DNA of 64,000 nt from the human T2T-CHM13v2.0 reference genome, Homo sapiens, in the NCBI RefSeq assembly GCF_009914755.1, contig NC_060928.1, one strand, 5' to 3'. The notes beneath the pieces are model-generated. The model saw only the letters and a list, made by a program, of their open reading frames with translations. It searched no databases and was not told where the DNA came from. Every line of letters starts with the position of its first letter. Position 1 is the first letter of the stretch. This document shows positions 1 through 11,490 of the stretch, in pieces. A program made the position numbers and the translations under genes.

Positions 1-364
1 GGTGCCACCACATTCCCCAGTGCCAGCCATGGAGGCTGCTTGTGGTATGCCTGGCCGAGCCACAGCCTCACAGGGAACTGACACCTATGCCGGTGCCTGG
101 AGCTGCCCTCCCCACTGAAACCAACATGCCTGGCTATGCGCAGTGGCTGGACCCCACAGTTGCTCACTCACAAACCCCTCCTTGCTCCGTGCCTGTCTCA
201 CCCTTGGCAGGTGTGGCATCCAGGCCAGTAGGATGAGCTGAACACAGCCTGCCAGGCTGAATGGGTAAAATGAGACAAACAGGCCCTAGCAAAACTCAGG
301 CAAAGGCACCACTGGCCACGGAGGTTCCTGGCTGGAAAAGCAACACCCGAAGGATCTCGTGACA
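1..364 (+). mobile_element. ERV1 LTR 3' part, MER52-like (continues past window start)
   Basis: GC-rich LTR ending ...ACTGGCCACGGAGGTTCCTGGCTGGAAAAGCAACACCCGAAGGATCTCGTGACA (terminal CA), resembling the MER52 3' end; it interrupts a Tigger element. Confidence 0.7.
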
Positions 365-595
365 TTATCACATACTACATACTGTATGTAATTGTACAAG
401 CTGTACTTTTGTACAACTGGCAGTGTAGTAGGATTGTTTATACCAACATCACCTCAAATATGTGAGTAATGCATTGCACTATTATGTTTAGATGGCTATG
501 ACATCACTAGGTGACAGGAACTTTTTAGCTCTATTGTAATCTTATGGGACCACCATCGTTTATATGGTCTGTCATTGTTATACTGCTCATGACTG
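365..595 (-). mobile_element. Tigger3 (Golem/MER7-type) DNA transposon fragment
   Basis: Ends ...TAATCTTATGGGACCACCATCG...CATGACTG followed by TA, the reverse complement of the Tigger3 left end CAGTCATG. Confidence 0.75.
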
Positions 596-839
596 TATAA
601 ACACATACAAATAAGTTCAACTACCATACTGAAAAATTAAGAAGCAAATACAATTGTGTCCTACAACTATAGCCTTCAAGTCCCATTTTTTAAATACTTT
701 TCACTAAAAGAAAATACATTGGGTGTAGGAAAAGATAGCATATGATTAAGAAATAATATCATCTTGAAAATGCGGCTATGCAAGATAGAATTTTATGGCT
801 ACTTATATATGTGGCATCGTTTGTAGAAAAACTTTTATA

Positions 840-945
840 GTGCTCACTTCAGCAGTATATATACTAAAATTGGAACAATATAGAGAAGATTAGCACGTCC
901 CCTGTGCAAGGATGATGCTAAATTCACGAAACATTCCATATTTTT
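840..945 (+). pseudogene. Full-length U6 snRNA retropseudogene (5' part of U6-L1 chimera)
   Basis: GTGCTCACTTCAGCAGTATATATACTAAAATTGGAACAATATAGAGAAGATTAGCAC...ACATTCCATATTTTT is colinear with U6 from +1 to the 3' U-tract; mostly CpG-decay substitutions; ACAGAGA box mutated to ATAGAGA. Confidence 0.97.
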
Positions 946-2750
946 AGGACCTCTTCAAGAAGAACTACAAACCACTGCTCAAAAAATTGGAGATGACACA
1001 AACAAATGGGAAATCATTCCATTCTCATGCATAGGAAGAATCGACATCGTGAAAATGGCAATATACAGCCCAAAGCAATTTATAGATTCCATGCTATTCT
1101 CATTAAACTACCATTGACATTCTTCGCAGAATTAGAAAAAGAAAACTATTTTAAAATTCATATGGAACCAAAAAAGAGCTTGTATAGCCACCAAGACAAT
1201 CCTAAGCAAAAAAAAAAGCCATAGGCATCACACTTCCTGACTTCAAACTATACTATAAGGCTACAGTAACTAAAACCTAAAACAGCATGGCATGGGTACA
1301 GAAACAGGCACATAGACCAATGGAACAGAATAGAGGACCCAGAAATAAGACCACACACCTACAACCATCAGATCTTCAACAAACCTGACAAAAACAAGCA
1401 ATAGGGAAAGGATTCCTTGTTTAATAAATGATGCTGGGAGAACTAACTAGTCATATGCAGAAATTAAAACCAGACCACTTACTTACACCATATACAAAAA
1501 TCAACTCAAGATGGATTAAAGACTTAAATGTAAAACCCAAAACTATTAAAACCCTAGGAGAAAAATCTAGGCAATACCGTTCAGGACATAGGCACAGGCA
1601 AAAATTTCATGACAAAAATGCCAAAAGCAATTGCAACAAAAGCAAAAATGAGCCAAGTGGATCTTATTAAACCAAAGAGCTTCTGCACAGGAAAAGAAAC
1701 AATCATCAGAGTGAATAGAAAACCTACCATATGGGAGAAAATTTTTGCCATCTATCCATCTGACAAAGGTCTAAGATCCAGAATCTACAAGGAACTTAAA
1801 CAAATGTACAAAAAAAAAAAAAAACATTAAAACATTGGCAAAGGACATGAATAGACACTTATCAAAAGAAGACATACATGCAGCCAACAAACATGAAAAA
1901 GAGTTCAACATCACTGATCATTAGAGAAATCCAAATCAAAACCACAATGAGCTACCATCTCACATCATTCAGAATGGCTATTATCAAAAAGTCAAAAAAC
2001 AACAGATGCCGACAAGGTTGTGGAGCCAAAGCAACACTTTCATACTGTTGGTGGGAGTGTAAATTAGTTCAGCCATTGTGGAAGACACTATGGCAATTCC
2101 TCAAAGACCTAGAGGCAGAAAAAAACATTTGACCCAACAATCCCATTACTGGATATATACCCAAAGGAATAGAAATTATTCTATTATAAAGATACATTAA
2201 CACGTATGTTCGCTGCAGCACTATTCACAATAGCGAAGACATGGAATCAACCTAAATGTCCATCAACGATAGACCGAATAAAGAAAATGTGGTGCATATG
2301 CACCATGGAATACTCCCCTGCCATAAAAAGGAATGAGATTATGTCTTTTACAGAAACATGGATGGAGCTGGAAGCCATTATCCTCAGCAAACTAATGCAG
2401 GAACAAAAAACCAAATACTGCATGTTCTCACTTATAAGTGGGAGCGAAATGATGAGAACACATGGACACGGAGGGGAACAACACACACTGGGGCCTGTTG
2501 GAGGGTGGAAGGGTGGGAGGAGGGAGAGCATCAAGAAGAGTAACTAATGGATGCTGAGCTTAATACCTAGATGATGGGATGATTTGTGCAGCAAACCACC
2601 ATGGCACGGATTTAACGCAGCACACCAACACGGCACATGTATACGTATATAACAAACCCGCACGTTGTGCACATGTACCCTAGAACTTAAAGTATAATAA
2701 AAAATTTTGGAAAGAAAATAAATAAATAAATAAATATCTTAAAAAAGAAA
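946..2750 (+). mobile_element. 5'-truncated L1 (older L1PA, ~L1PA11-13/L1PREC2-like), ORF2 3' end plus 3'UTR plus A-rich tail, fused to U6
   Basis: ORF2 C-terminal peptides in ORF track ([51 protein letters not shown]); G-rich 3'UTR; A tail; partial TSD AGAAAAACT at 825-833 and 2750-2758. Confidence 0.95.
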
Positions 2751-3119
2751 GAAAAACTGTAAGTCTTTTTTGTAAGGACAAATAAAACCTGGAACAATAA
2801 ATACTGTTTTCAGGTGTGGGATCATGAGAAATTTGCAAATATACAGTCATTTATTTAGTAGGAAATTCAGCATAATATGTCATAACCTCTTGAGTTGTAG
2901 ATGTTCTGAACCTAGCACGCACAAAAATGTTAACCTATTAAGCTCCCTAAAACCGCATAAACATAGTTATCAAATGGGCCTTTAAGTTTCCCTAAATTTA
3001 ACTAAACTTAAGACAACCTTTTTCCTACCTGTTGGCCCTGATTTCCCTTTCAATTGTCCGTTGACATTAGCAAACGTACAATTTCAAATTCTACTCTATC
3101 ACTTTAAGATATACAACTC

Positions 3120-3238
3120 TTTCTTTCGCCTATTCATCTTTCGCTCTGAACTTCACTCTTTGTGTGTCTGTGTCCTAGTTTTCTCTGGCTGTGAGACAAC
3201 GAACCTCGGGTATCACCCCAGACAACGAGACCACTTCA
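3120..3238 (+). mobile_element. ERV1 (MER4-group, MER50-like) LTR 3' fragment
   Basis: GTGAGACAACGAACCTCGGGTATCACCCCAGACAACGAGACCACTTCA, a typical LTR 3' end. Confidence 0.6.
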
Positions 3239-3353
3239 ATAACTTGAATAAATTTTTTTTAGCCTGTTTAACTTTGCCATGTGCAACTTTTGTTTTGACA
3301 ATAGTATAATAATGTTATTTATTTTTTTCTTTCTTGTGCTCAAAGAAATAATA

Positions 3354-3586
3354 CAGATTGAATATTCTTTATCTGAAATGCTTGGGACCATAAATATTTC
3401 CCATTTTGGATTTTTAAGATTTTGGAATATTTGCATTGTACTTTCTGGTTCAACATTCCTATCTTGAAAATCCACAATCTGAAATATTCCAACAAGCATT
3501 TTATTTGAGCATCATGTCAGCACCCAAAGTTCTAGATATTGGAATATTTCAGATTTTGGATTTTCAGATTAGGGATACTCAACTTG
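3354..3586 (+). mobile_element. Tigger4a (Zombi_A/MER46A) MITE
   Basis: TA-flanked, TIRs CAGATTGAATAT.../...GGGATACTCAACTTG, internal GAAATGCTTGGGACCA. Confidence 0.85.
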
Positions 3587-5689
3587 TACTGGAACGCTAA
3601 TTGTTAGACATGTATTGGAATAAATACATGGAATCAGTGTAATGCTTCATTTTATTCTAATGTGTGGTATGCATACATGCATAAATGCATCAGTATTGAA
3701 AAATTTCACTGTCAACAGTATTTCCTCAACTCTAGTCCTATTTCTTTGACAACTCATGATTTCGATCACTCTAAAGTCTTGGTTCATGTATTTAGAGTTT
3801 AGAGACTACAAAGTAGAGTAATCTATTCAAAGAAATATGAACAATGAAGAATAAGATAAAAGTAAATAAACCAGATCTCAATTAACAAAGAAGTATCTGG
3901 GATAGTGCTCCTTCATATCACTCATATAATAGTTCCAGGATGCAAAGGATATGGATTTATTATTTTGCAACTGGAGTACCAGTCCATTAATTAAAGATTA
4001 CTGTGTATAGCAGGGGTAATGCTTTTTTTCTGGTTTGTGATGTCTGAAATGTGGTAAGAATTATATAATCTCAGAATTTGCAATGGTAGAGCACATCTCA
4101 GAAGCCATAATACAGTTTAAAGCAAGCAACTTCAATAAAAAGGTCTAATGTTGTTAACAAAGTTACATTTCTAGCATAATTTTAATAGGTCCATTTCATT
4201 GTTCTCTTTTTAATAGGACTTAGATATCTCAAATATATGCTTCTAATTTACAAAGTCATTTCTCTGCTCTTCATAAACAAGGATTTTTATGTGAGGTGAT
4301 TAACTTTGGGAATGGCCCAATTATAACTATTTCAATATAAACCGAATTAGTAAAATGATGATTTAGAGAAACTCACAAAAGAGAAACTTTTAATCCCTTC
4401 AGAAATTTAAAGATAAAATATATTATTAGACTACATCACAATTTTGGATTTTTTCCAAATAACTCAATCACACATAGTGAACCTTGTTTTACTATGCAGC
4501 ATTTTTTTGACTATTCTACTTTGCTTGTATAGATTTCCTCAAAAGAAGCAGGGATTTCAGACTTTATGTTTCCTTTTATTTGTACTTAGTCACGGTTACC
4601 TCTGTGGAAAGAGTGATTTACCCTTGCCTCTACTCTCCCCTTCAAACAAACAACAAAAAACAAAAACAAAAAATACATAGCACATTTAGTTAGCTCTGTG
4701 GGTGCCATATGTCTTGATATAATATACTCAATAATTTGGACACCAGGGCAAAAGTATTTGCCATTTCCATAGTTCAGACATATATACTTAAAAATATCCG
4801 CTGAGAATTTCCAGTAAACAATAGACTATTCCAATCTGGTCTATTGTATTTGCCATTTTCTATGTCACAGAGTAAGAGACAACTAACCAGAGAGAAGAAT
4901 ATCTGTGGATTCCAGGTATAAGCATTAGCGTATGCAAAGTCCCTAAGGCCATTTTCTCTGAATGAAATTATCCATGCTTAGTTTAATTCAAAGAGCATTC
5001 CTTTGTTAAATCTCTAATACTTTCATCCCAGACTATCTCACTGTTAAAAATTTTATATCACTTATAAAAATGTTATTTTTGTAATACTTGCTGCAATTAA
5101 GTATGTATGTTCATATTATCATTTGTTTGTGGTCTATCTCTTCTACTAAACTATAATACATACTTCCAAGTGACAGAAAAATAAGATCTTACTATTTTCC
5201 CATTATACTTAGATGTTTTATCAATCTTAGAAGCTATTATCTTTATTACAACAATTCATATTATTCTTATGTAAACTATAAGCTACATAAGAACAGATAT
5301 TGGGGCTATTTTACTTATTGATTTATTCCCAGTGCATGGGACATAGCCTGACACATAGTAGAAACTATGTATTTCATAGTAGGTGTATGAAACAAATGAC
5401 GAAATAAATGAAAAAACAAACAAAAAAAAGAAAGTTCTTTGGCAAATAAAAACACTGAATATTTAGTATCTGAAATATATTTATATTTTTTACTACTGCT
5501 GCATTTGGCACATATTATTTCCTTAGTATGCAACAACTGTATGCTCGTCTCATTTAATGCTCTTGAATTAAGTATGATGCATATGACATGCATGAGGAAC
5601 CTCAAGAGTTTAAGAAACTTGCTGAAGGTTAAATAGCCAATAAGTAAGAAAAGAGATAGTGTTTGAACCCTGACTCTTCTATTACCTCC

Positions 5690-6035
5690 TTCTGTTATCT
5701 TTTGCCACAGTGTAAAATAAATAACCAAAAACTTGATAAGTATATAACAGTATGCATTTCTTAAGATCATGGCTTGGCTGAATGTTAGCTGATCTAGGCT
5801 AGGAATGCCTGTGGATTCTGCTGATCTTAGCCAATCTTGCTCATGCTTTAGGAGGAGAATAGGGGTGGCTAAAGGAGATGATTTCTGCAGGTGCACCTGG
5901 CCACAGAGGCTCTTCTCCACCTATTTTTTATCTTCCTTTTGAGAACAACGGACTAGTCTAGGCATGCCTTGTTGACAAAAGAGGAACAAAAGCTTCTAAC
6001 AGCAAACATAACCGTGTGATGCTTCTTGAGTCTTT
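5690..6035 (-). mobile_element. Old MaLR (MLT1-type) LTR fragment
   Basis: Degenerate MLT1 reverse-strand motifs (GTTAGCTGATCTAGGCT, GACTAGTCTAGGCATG). Confidence 0.45.
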
Positions 6036-6043
6036 GGGGGAAA

Positions 6044-6375
6044 TGTAATAAGAAACACAATGTCTTCTTAACCCAGAAAAAGTGCCCACAAAGGTAAAAA
6101 GAGGGAACATAATTTTATTATTGAATGAGCATTAAACTAGAATGTAATGTGTATCACAGAAAATCCATGAGGAAATTGCAAAGACAGAAAATCTCACCTT
6201 TTTATATTGGTAGCTAAATTAAAATCATTATATACGTGTTCTCAGAATGAATAATGACTAGCCCTCAAGTTAGAGGATTTAGCAGCACCATTTGTCACAC
6301 ATCATCCTAAATTCACTTGTACTTAGGATGACCATCTGTGTTGACTAATTAGCTTTAACCAGAAGAAAAATAAAC
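6044..6375 (-). mobile_element. ERV1-class LTR (MER93-like), truncated by adjacent MLT1
   Basis: TCTTAACCCAGAAAA...TTTTATTATTGAATGAGCATTAAAC...GCACCATTTGTCACACA resembles the recalled consensus. Confidence 0.5.
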
Positions 6376-6717
6376 TTAGTTTGCTAGGGCTGCCATAACG
6401 AATATTTCAGACTGTGTGGCTCAAATAACAAAACTTATTTTTGTATAGTTTTGAAGACTAGAAGTCCAAGATCAAGATGTAGGTGAGTTTGGTTTCTTTT
6501 GAGGCCTTCTTTTTGGCTTACAGATGGCTGCCTTCTCCTTCACGTGGCCATTCCTTGGTCTCTGTTGACAATATCCTGATCTCCTCTTATAAAGACATCA
6601 GTCACATTTATTAGTGCCTATTCATATTACCTTATTTACCTATCTGCAAATACAGTCACATTCTAGGGGTTTGGACTTTGACAAATAAATTTTGGGGTCA
6701 CAATTTAGCCCAAAACA
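6376..6717 (-). mobile_element. MLT1A/B MaLR solo LTR
   Basis: TTAGTTTGCTAGGGCTGCCATAAC...AGAAGTCCAAGATCAAG...ACAATTTAGCCCAAAACA. Confidence 0.8.
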
Positions 6718-6744
6718 TGTCATTGTGCTTTCTTAAAAACACAA

Positions 6745-7098
6745 TGTATTAGTCTGTTCTCACACTGCTGATAAACACACGCCCAAGGCTGGGTAATTTA
6801 TAAAGGAAAGAGTTTTAATTGACTCACAGTTTCACATGGCTGAGGAGGTCTCTCAATTACAAGTGAAGATGAATGAGGAGCAACGTCACATCTTAACATG
6901 GCAGCAGGCAAGAGGGCTTGTGCAGGGGAACTCTCCTTTATAAAACCATCATATCTTGTGAAATATATTCACTATCATGAGAACAGCACAGGAAAGACCC
7001 ACCTCCATGATTCAATTATCTCCCACTGGGTCCCTCCCACGACATGTGGGAATTATGGGAGCTACAATTCAAGATGAGTTTTGTGCCAAACCATATCA
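6745..7098 (-). mobile_element. THE1B/C MaLR solo LTR
   Basis: TGTATTAGTCTGTTCTCACACTGCT...CCAAACCATATCA with exact 5-bp TSD CACAA (6740-6744, 7099-7103). Confidence 0.92.
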
Positions 7099-7738
7099 CA
7101 CAATTTTGAAATTTCACCTGATTTTCTACAAAGGGTTAATAAAGTTATGTTTGTGAAAGGAACTCTAGCTTGTTTATTCAAATAAAATTATTTCAAAAAC
7201 ACAATACAAAATTGACTTATCTACAAAGATAAGGGTGTTAGATAAAAGGAGGAAACTTGTAGATATTTGCTCATTAGCATATGCTTAAAATTATCTATGT
7301 TTGTTTTCTAAAAGATATAGATTTTAAATTAATGTATATAAAATATATGCTATAAATTAATGAAAGAAATTATAACAATTTAAGCACAGAACACTACATT
7401 TATTTTTATGGAAAATTAAGCATAATAACATTAGGCATATTTATTTCTCCTAAATTTTTCAAAATATTTTAATTAAATGGGACAATATCATTAGGAATAT
7501 TCATTTCTTTTATTTTACTTTAAACATTTCTAAGACTGAAATAAAAGTATGTAATATAAACTCTGGTGGTTTGTCTAGAAATATCTTTGTTTTTCTTTCA
7601 TTTTTGAGCAGTTATACTCAATAACGAATTTTTGGTTGACAGGTTTTTTATGGTTGAATATTTAAATATGACGTTTTACTATTTTCTGGCTGCTATTATT
7701 TCTGAGGAGAAATCTGCTATTATTTCATTAATTGTTTT

Positions 7739-7745
7739 ATATATA

Positions 7746-7795
<50 letters not shown>
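7739..7795. repeat. (TG)n(TA)n microsatellite
   Basis: Direct inspection. Confidence 0.95.
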
Positions 7796-7797
<2 letters not shown>

Positions 7798-8449
7798 GTG
7801 TGTCACTTTTCTCTTTCTGCATCCCGTATTTTCTCTTTAGTATTCCATGTAAGCAATGTTGTTATGCTGTGTCCACATGTGGTTTTATTTTATTACATAT
7901 GTACTGTACTTCTTGTATCTGTAAGCCAATATTTTCCCCAAAATTGGAAAATTGATAGCCATTATTCATGCAGATACTTTTCTGCCCGGTTTTCTTTCTT
8001 TTGTCCTTAGATTGCCATTACTCAGGCATGTAAATGTTTGCTATTATCCCACAGTTCTCTGAGATTCTGTTTATTTTCCTTTAATTAATCTTTTCTTCCT
8101 CCTTTTTCTTACACTGGACAATTTCTATTAATTTATCTTGAAGTTGACTGATTTCTTCTGCTATCTCTAATATGGTCTTGGGCCCATTGGGTAATTTTTC
8201 TATTTGAGTTATTTTACGTTTTAACTTTAGATTTCCCATTTGGTTATTTTTTATAGTTTATATTTCTCTGGTGAGAGTTTCTGCTTTTTCACTCATTATT
8301 AACATATTTTTAATTAATTATTTCCAAATATTTTCTTTTTTTATTTGAACATATTTATCATAGCTTCACTGAAGTCTTGGTCAGCTAACATGCAACATCG
8401 GTGCCCACCTGGAGTCAGCTTCCAGTGACTTTTTCCCTGCATATATGTT

Positions 8450-8819
8450 TGATGTGGTTAGGCTCTGTGTCACCATCCAAAACTCATCTTGAATTATAAT
8501 CCCCATAATACCCACTTGTCAATAGAGAGACCAGATGGTGGTAATTGGATAACATGGTTTCCCTCATGCTGTTCTCATGATATTGAGTGAGTTGTCACGT
8601 GATCTGATGGTTTTATAAGTGTTTAGTAGTTCCATCTGTGTTCATTTTCCTTCCTGTGACCTTGAGAAGAAGGTGCCTTTCTTCCCCTTTCCCTTCTGCC
8701 ATGATTGTAAGTTTCCTGAAGCCTCCCCATCCATGCAGTACTATGAGTCAATTAAAACTCTTTATAAATTATCCAGTCTCAGGTAAGGTTTTGTAGCAGT
8801 GTGAAAATGGTCTAATAAA
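8450..8819 (+). mobile_element. THE1D-like MaLR solo LTR
   Basis: TGATGTGGTTAGGCTCTGTGTC...GTTTCCTGAAGCCTCCCC...GTGAAAATGGTCTAATA. Confidence 0.85.
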
Positions 8820-8952
8820 CTTTATAGATTCTTGTTTCTTTCCATGTCTTGGATTTTATACCATTTAAAAATTATATACTTTGTTGTTGCAAAATGATTT
8901 TTCAGTTTTGTTTTACTGTTATGGTTTCATTATTGTTTTGCTTTTATAAGTG

Positions 8953-9020
8953 ACAAACCTGCAGGTTGTACACATGTACCCTAAAACTTAAAGTACAATA
9001 AACAATAAAAATAAAAAAAA
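8953..9020 (+). mobile_element. Extremely 5'-truncated young L1PA (3'-terminal ~70 bp)
   Basis: ACAAACCTGCAGGTTGTACACATGTACCCTAAAACTTAAAGTACAATA plus A tail; near-TSD AAGTGACAA / AAGTAGACAA. Confidence 0.85.
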
Positions 9021-9109
9021 GTAGACAATTACCTTTTCTTTAATCAAACAGTAAAATTTTTTTCATGGTGTTCATTCTCTGATGTCTTTGATGTTCTTTC
9101 CATGTTTTC

Positions 9110-9190
9110 CCCTCCCTCCCTTCCTCTCTGTATCCCTCCCTTCCTTCCTTCCTTCTTTCCTTCCTTTCTTCTTTCTTTCTCCTCTTTGTT
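9110..9190. repeat. CT-rich / (TTCC)n simple repeat
   Basis: Direct inspection. Confidence 0.85.
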
Positions 9191-9867
9191 TTCACTTTTG
9201 CCTGACTTCCTAAGCATATTCATAGCTTACTGAAAATTAATTTCTGAAAAGGTTACTTTATGCTTAATACCTCAAGCCTATAGGCCTGAGCTATGTGTAA
9301 ATTGAGAAACACATACAATGGTCCAAAAAACTTTGCAAAACTTCTCATTCTTTCAATTTTTTGCTGGACTCCCAGTGTTCTTTTTATGCATGTACTTTTT
9401 AGCAGCCCTTCAGTGATGTGTGAAGAGTACAGTCCTTCTAAAGCTCTCTTACTCAAAATCATACACTTTATTTTTCCAAGTAATCTGCTACTTTCTTCTA
9501 ACTCAGTCTATCACCTCCAGAGTGGAAAGCTGTGAGTTTTCACTACTTGACCTAGTAATAAATTGGAAGCAGGCAATAGCAGTAGAAAGAAAAATATAGT
9601 AAGAAAATTGAAATAGAAAGAAGGCAATACAATCTTGTCTGATATAAAAAACCATATTAATGATTAAATATGTATTTTTACTTGACTTTGCTTATTTTCT
9701 GTTGTCTTGAATTCTGTTTTCAATAATTTCATCAACATGTATACTTATTTTCTGTGAAGAGGAATTGATCAGTATCCCTATGTTTCATTACCACAAGTCC
9801 TTGCTTAGTTTTTTTTTTCACACACTCCCATAAAATATTTATTTAATACATTGTCATAGTTAGACAT

Positions 9868-10220
9868 TGTATTAGTCCCTATTCACACTGCTGTAAAGAA
9901 TTGCTCAAGACAGGGTAATATATGAGGAAAAGAGGTTTAATTACTTACAGTTCCACATGGCTGAAGAGGCATCAGGAAACTTACAATCATGGTGGAACGG
10001 GAAGCAGACATGTCTTACACGGGGGCAGATGAGAGAGCCAGAGCAAAGGGGGAAGAGCCCCTTATAAAACCATCAAATCTCATGAGAACTCACTATCACG
10101 ATAACAGCATGGAGGAAACCACTCCATGATTCAATTACCTCCACCTGGTCCCTCCCTTGACACATGGGGATTACAGTTTGAGATGAGATTTGAGTGAGGA
10201 CACAGAGACAAACTATATTA
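9868..10220 (-). mobile_element. THE1D-like MaLR solo LTR
   Basis: TGTATTAGTCC...CACACTGCTGTAAAGAA...TGAGATGAGATTTG...AAACTATATTA. Confidence 0.85.
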
Positions 10221-10519
10221 CATACATTACCTCACTAAATGTATATTCAAATTTCTAGCATTAACAAAATAGACAACTATGGAGCAAATAAGTACAATTC
10301 TATAATTAATAAATTTCATCTTTTATCGTTTTATAATTTATTTCCACATATTTTATAGTTTGCTTGTTAATATTTGAACAAACTTAATCAATAAATATTA
10401 ATGCAATAAATATTTATTGAATACTTATTATATATTAGGTGGTTAGATTCTGGGTATCCAGGAATTTATCCTCCAATAAAAATAACTTTAAAAACACATA
10501 ATAATGTTATATCACAAGC

Positions 10520-10790
10520 ACAATAACAAATACCATTTATTAAGTACTTACTGAGTACTTACTATCTACCAGACTTCATGTAAGCATGCTTTTTATATTA
10601 GTTTATTTAGTCTTCCATACAAATTGCCAGATAATTGTTATTAACCATTATATCCTTTATTTCGTAAAAAAGTATAAAACTGAAGCTCATGAAGATGAAA
10701 CAACCTTACTGAGTGGTCCCAACTAATGTGAATATCTGACACAGGTCTGTTCAAAGTTGAAATCTCTACCTATCTACAGCTATGATATAT
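10520..10790 (-). mobile_element. MIR fragment
   Basis: ACCATTTATTAAGTACTTACT...AAAACTGAAGCTCA core motifs. Confidence 0.55.
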
Positions 10791-11109
10791 TATTATAGTG
10801 AAAATATATGCTGGATGTATTCAGTGTATTATGTTGATTAAATGCTTACCACATGCCAACAACTGCACTAAGGAGTTATTAACAGTAAATGAATGAGCGC
10901 GATAGACATAGGTCCTGCCCCATCCAGAGTCTGGGAACCTGTTTAGTGGACTAGTGACAACTGTGATGGAGAGCTAGAAGACAGGGGCTTCAACTTAATT
11001 AGGGAAGTAAGAAAGCCTTCATAGAGGATATAGAATTAGAAATGAATTATCAAAGTAAGAAAAATAAAAATGGGTAGTCATGAGAGGAGGATTGATGTGC
11101 AAAGGTGTA

Positions 11110-11490
11110 TGATATAGTTTGGCTCTGTGTCCCCACCCAAATCTCAGGTTGAATTGTAATTCCCAAGGTTGGAGGAGGGATCTAGTGGGAGGTGATTAGA
11201 TCATGGGTGTGGACTTTTCTCTTGCTTTTCTTGTGATACTGAGTGAGTTCTTAGGCGATCTGATGGTTTAAAACTGTGTTGCACTTCCCCCTTCTCTTTC
11301 TCTCCTTCTCTAACATGTGAAGACCTGTTTACTTCCCCTTTGCCTTCCACCATGGTTGTAAAATTCTTGAGGACTCCCAGCCATGCTTCCTGTACAGCCT
11401 GCAGAACTGTGAGTCAATTAAACCTCTTTTCTTAATACGTAAGCCAGTCTTAAGTAGTTTTATATAGCAGCGTTAGAATGGACTAACACA
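11110..11490 (+). mobile_element. MSTA MaLR solo LTR (inserted in L2-like sequence)
   Basis: TGATATAGTTTGGCTCTGTGTCCCCACCCAAATCTC...CCTGTACAGCCTGCAGAACTGTGAG...GACTAACACA. Confidence 0.88.

Larger units (their letters stand above)
7560..9550 (-). mobile_element. Old L1M ORF1/5' region, fragmented by THE1, a short L1PA and simple repeats
   Basis: T-rich antisense L1 ORF1-type motifs (TTTCTGAGGAGAAATCTGCT, TCCCACAGTTCTCTGAG). Confidence 0.6.

Noticed and set aside
736-814. Patchy resemblance to the U6-1 Pol III promoter upstream of the U6 copy (TAGCATATGATTA, CTTGAAAAT, TGGCTACTTATATATGTGG)
   Set aside because: PSE-TATA and TATA-start spacings are wrong, the PSE core is absent, the sequence lies outside the TSD in AT-rich, probably old L1-derived DNA, and the U6 is mutated; most likely chance
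840-945. Functional U6 snRNA gene
   Set aside because: ACAGAGA box mutated, CpG decay throughout, fused to L1 inside a shared TSD
5315-5920. Longest ORF (201 aa, minus strand)
   Set aside because: Non-ATG start, spans degraded repeat fragments, low-information composition, no recognisable domain
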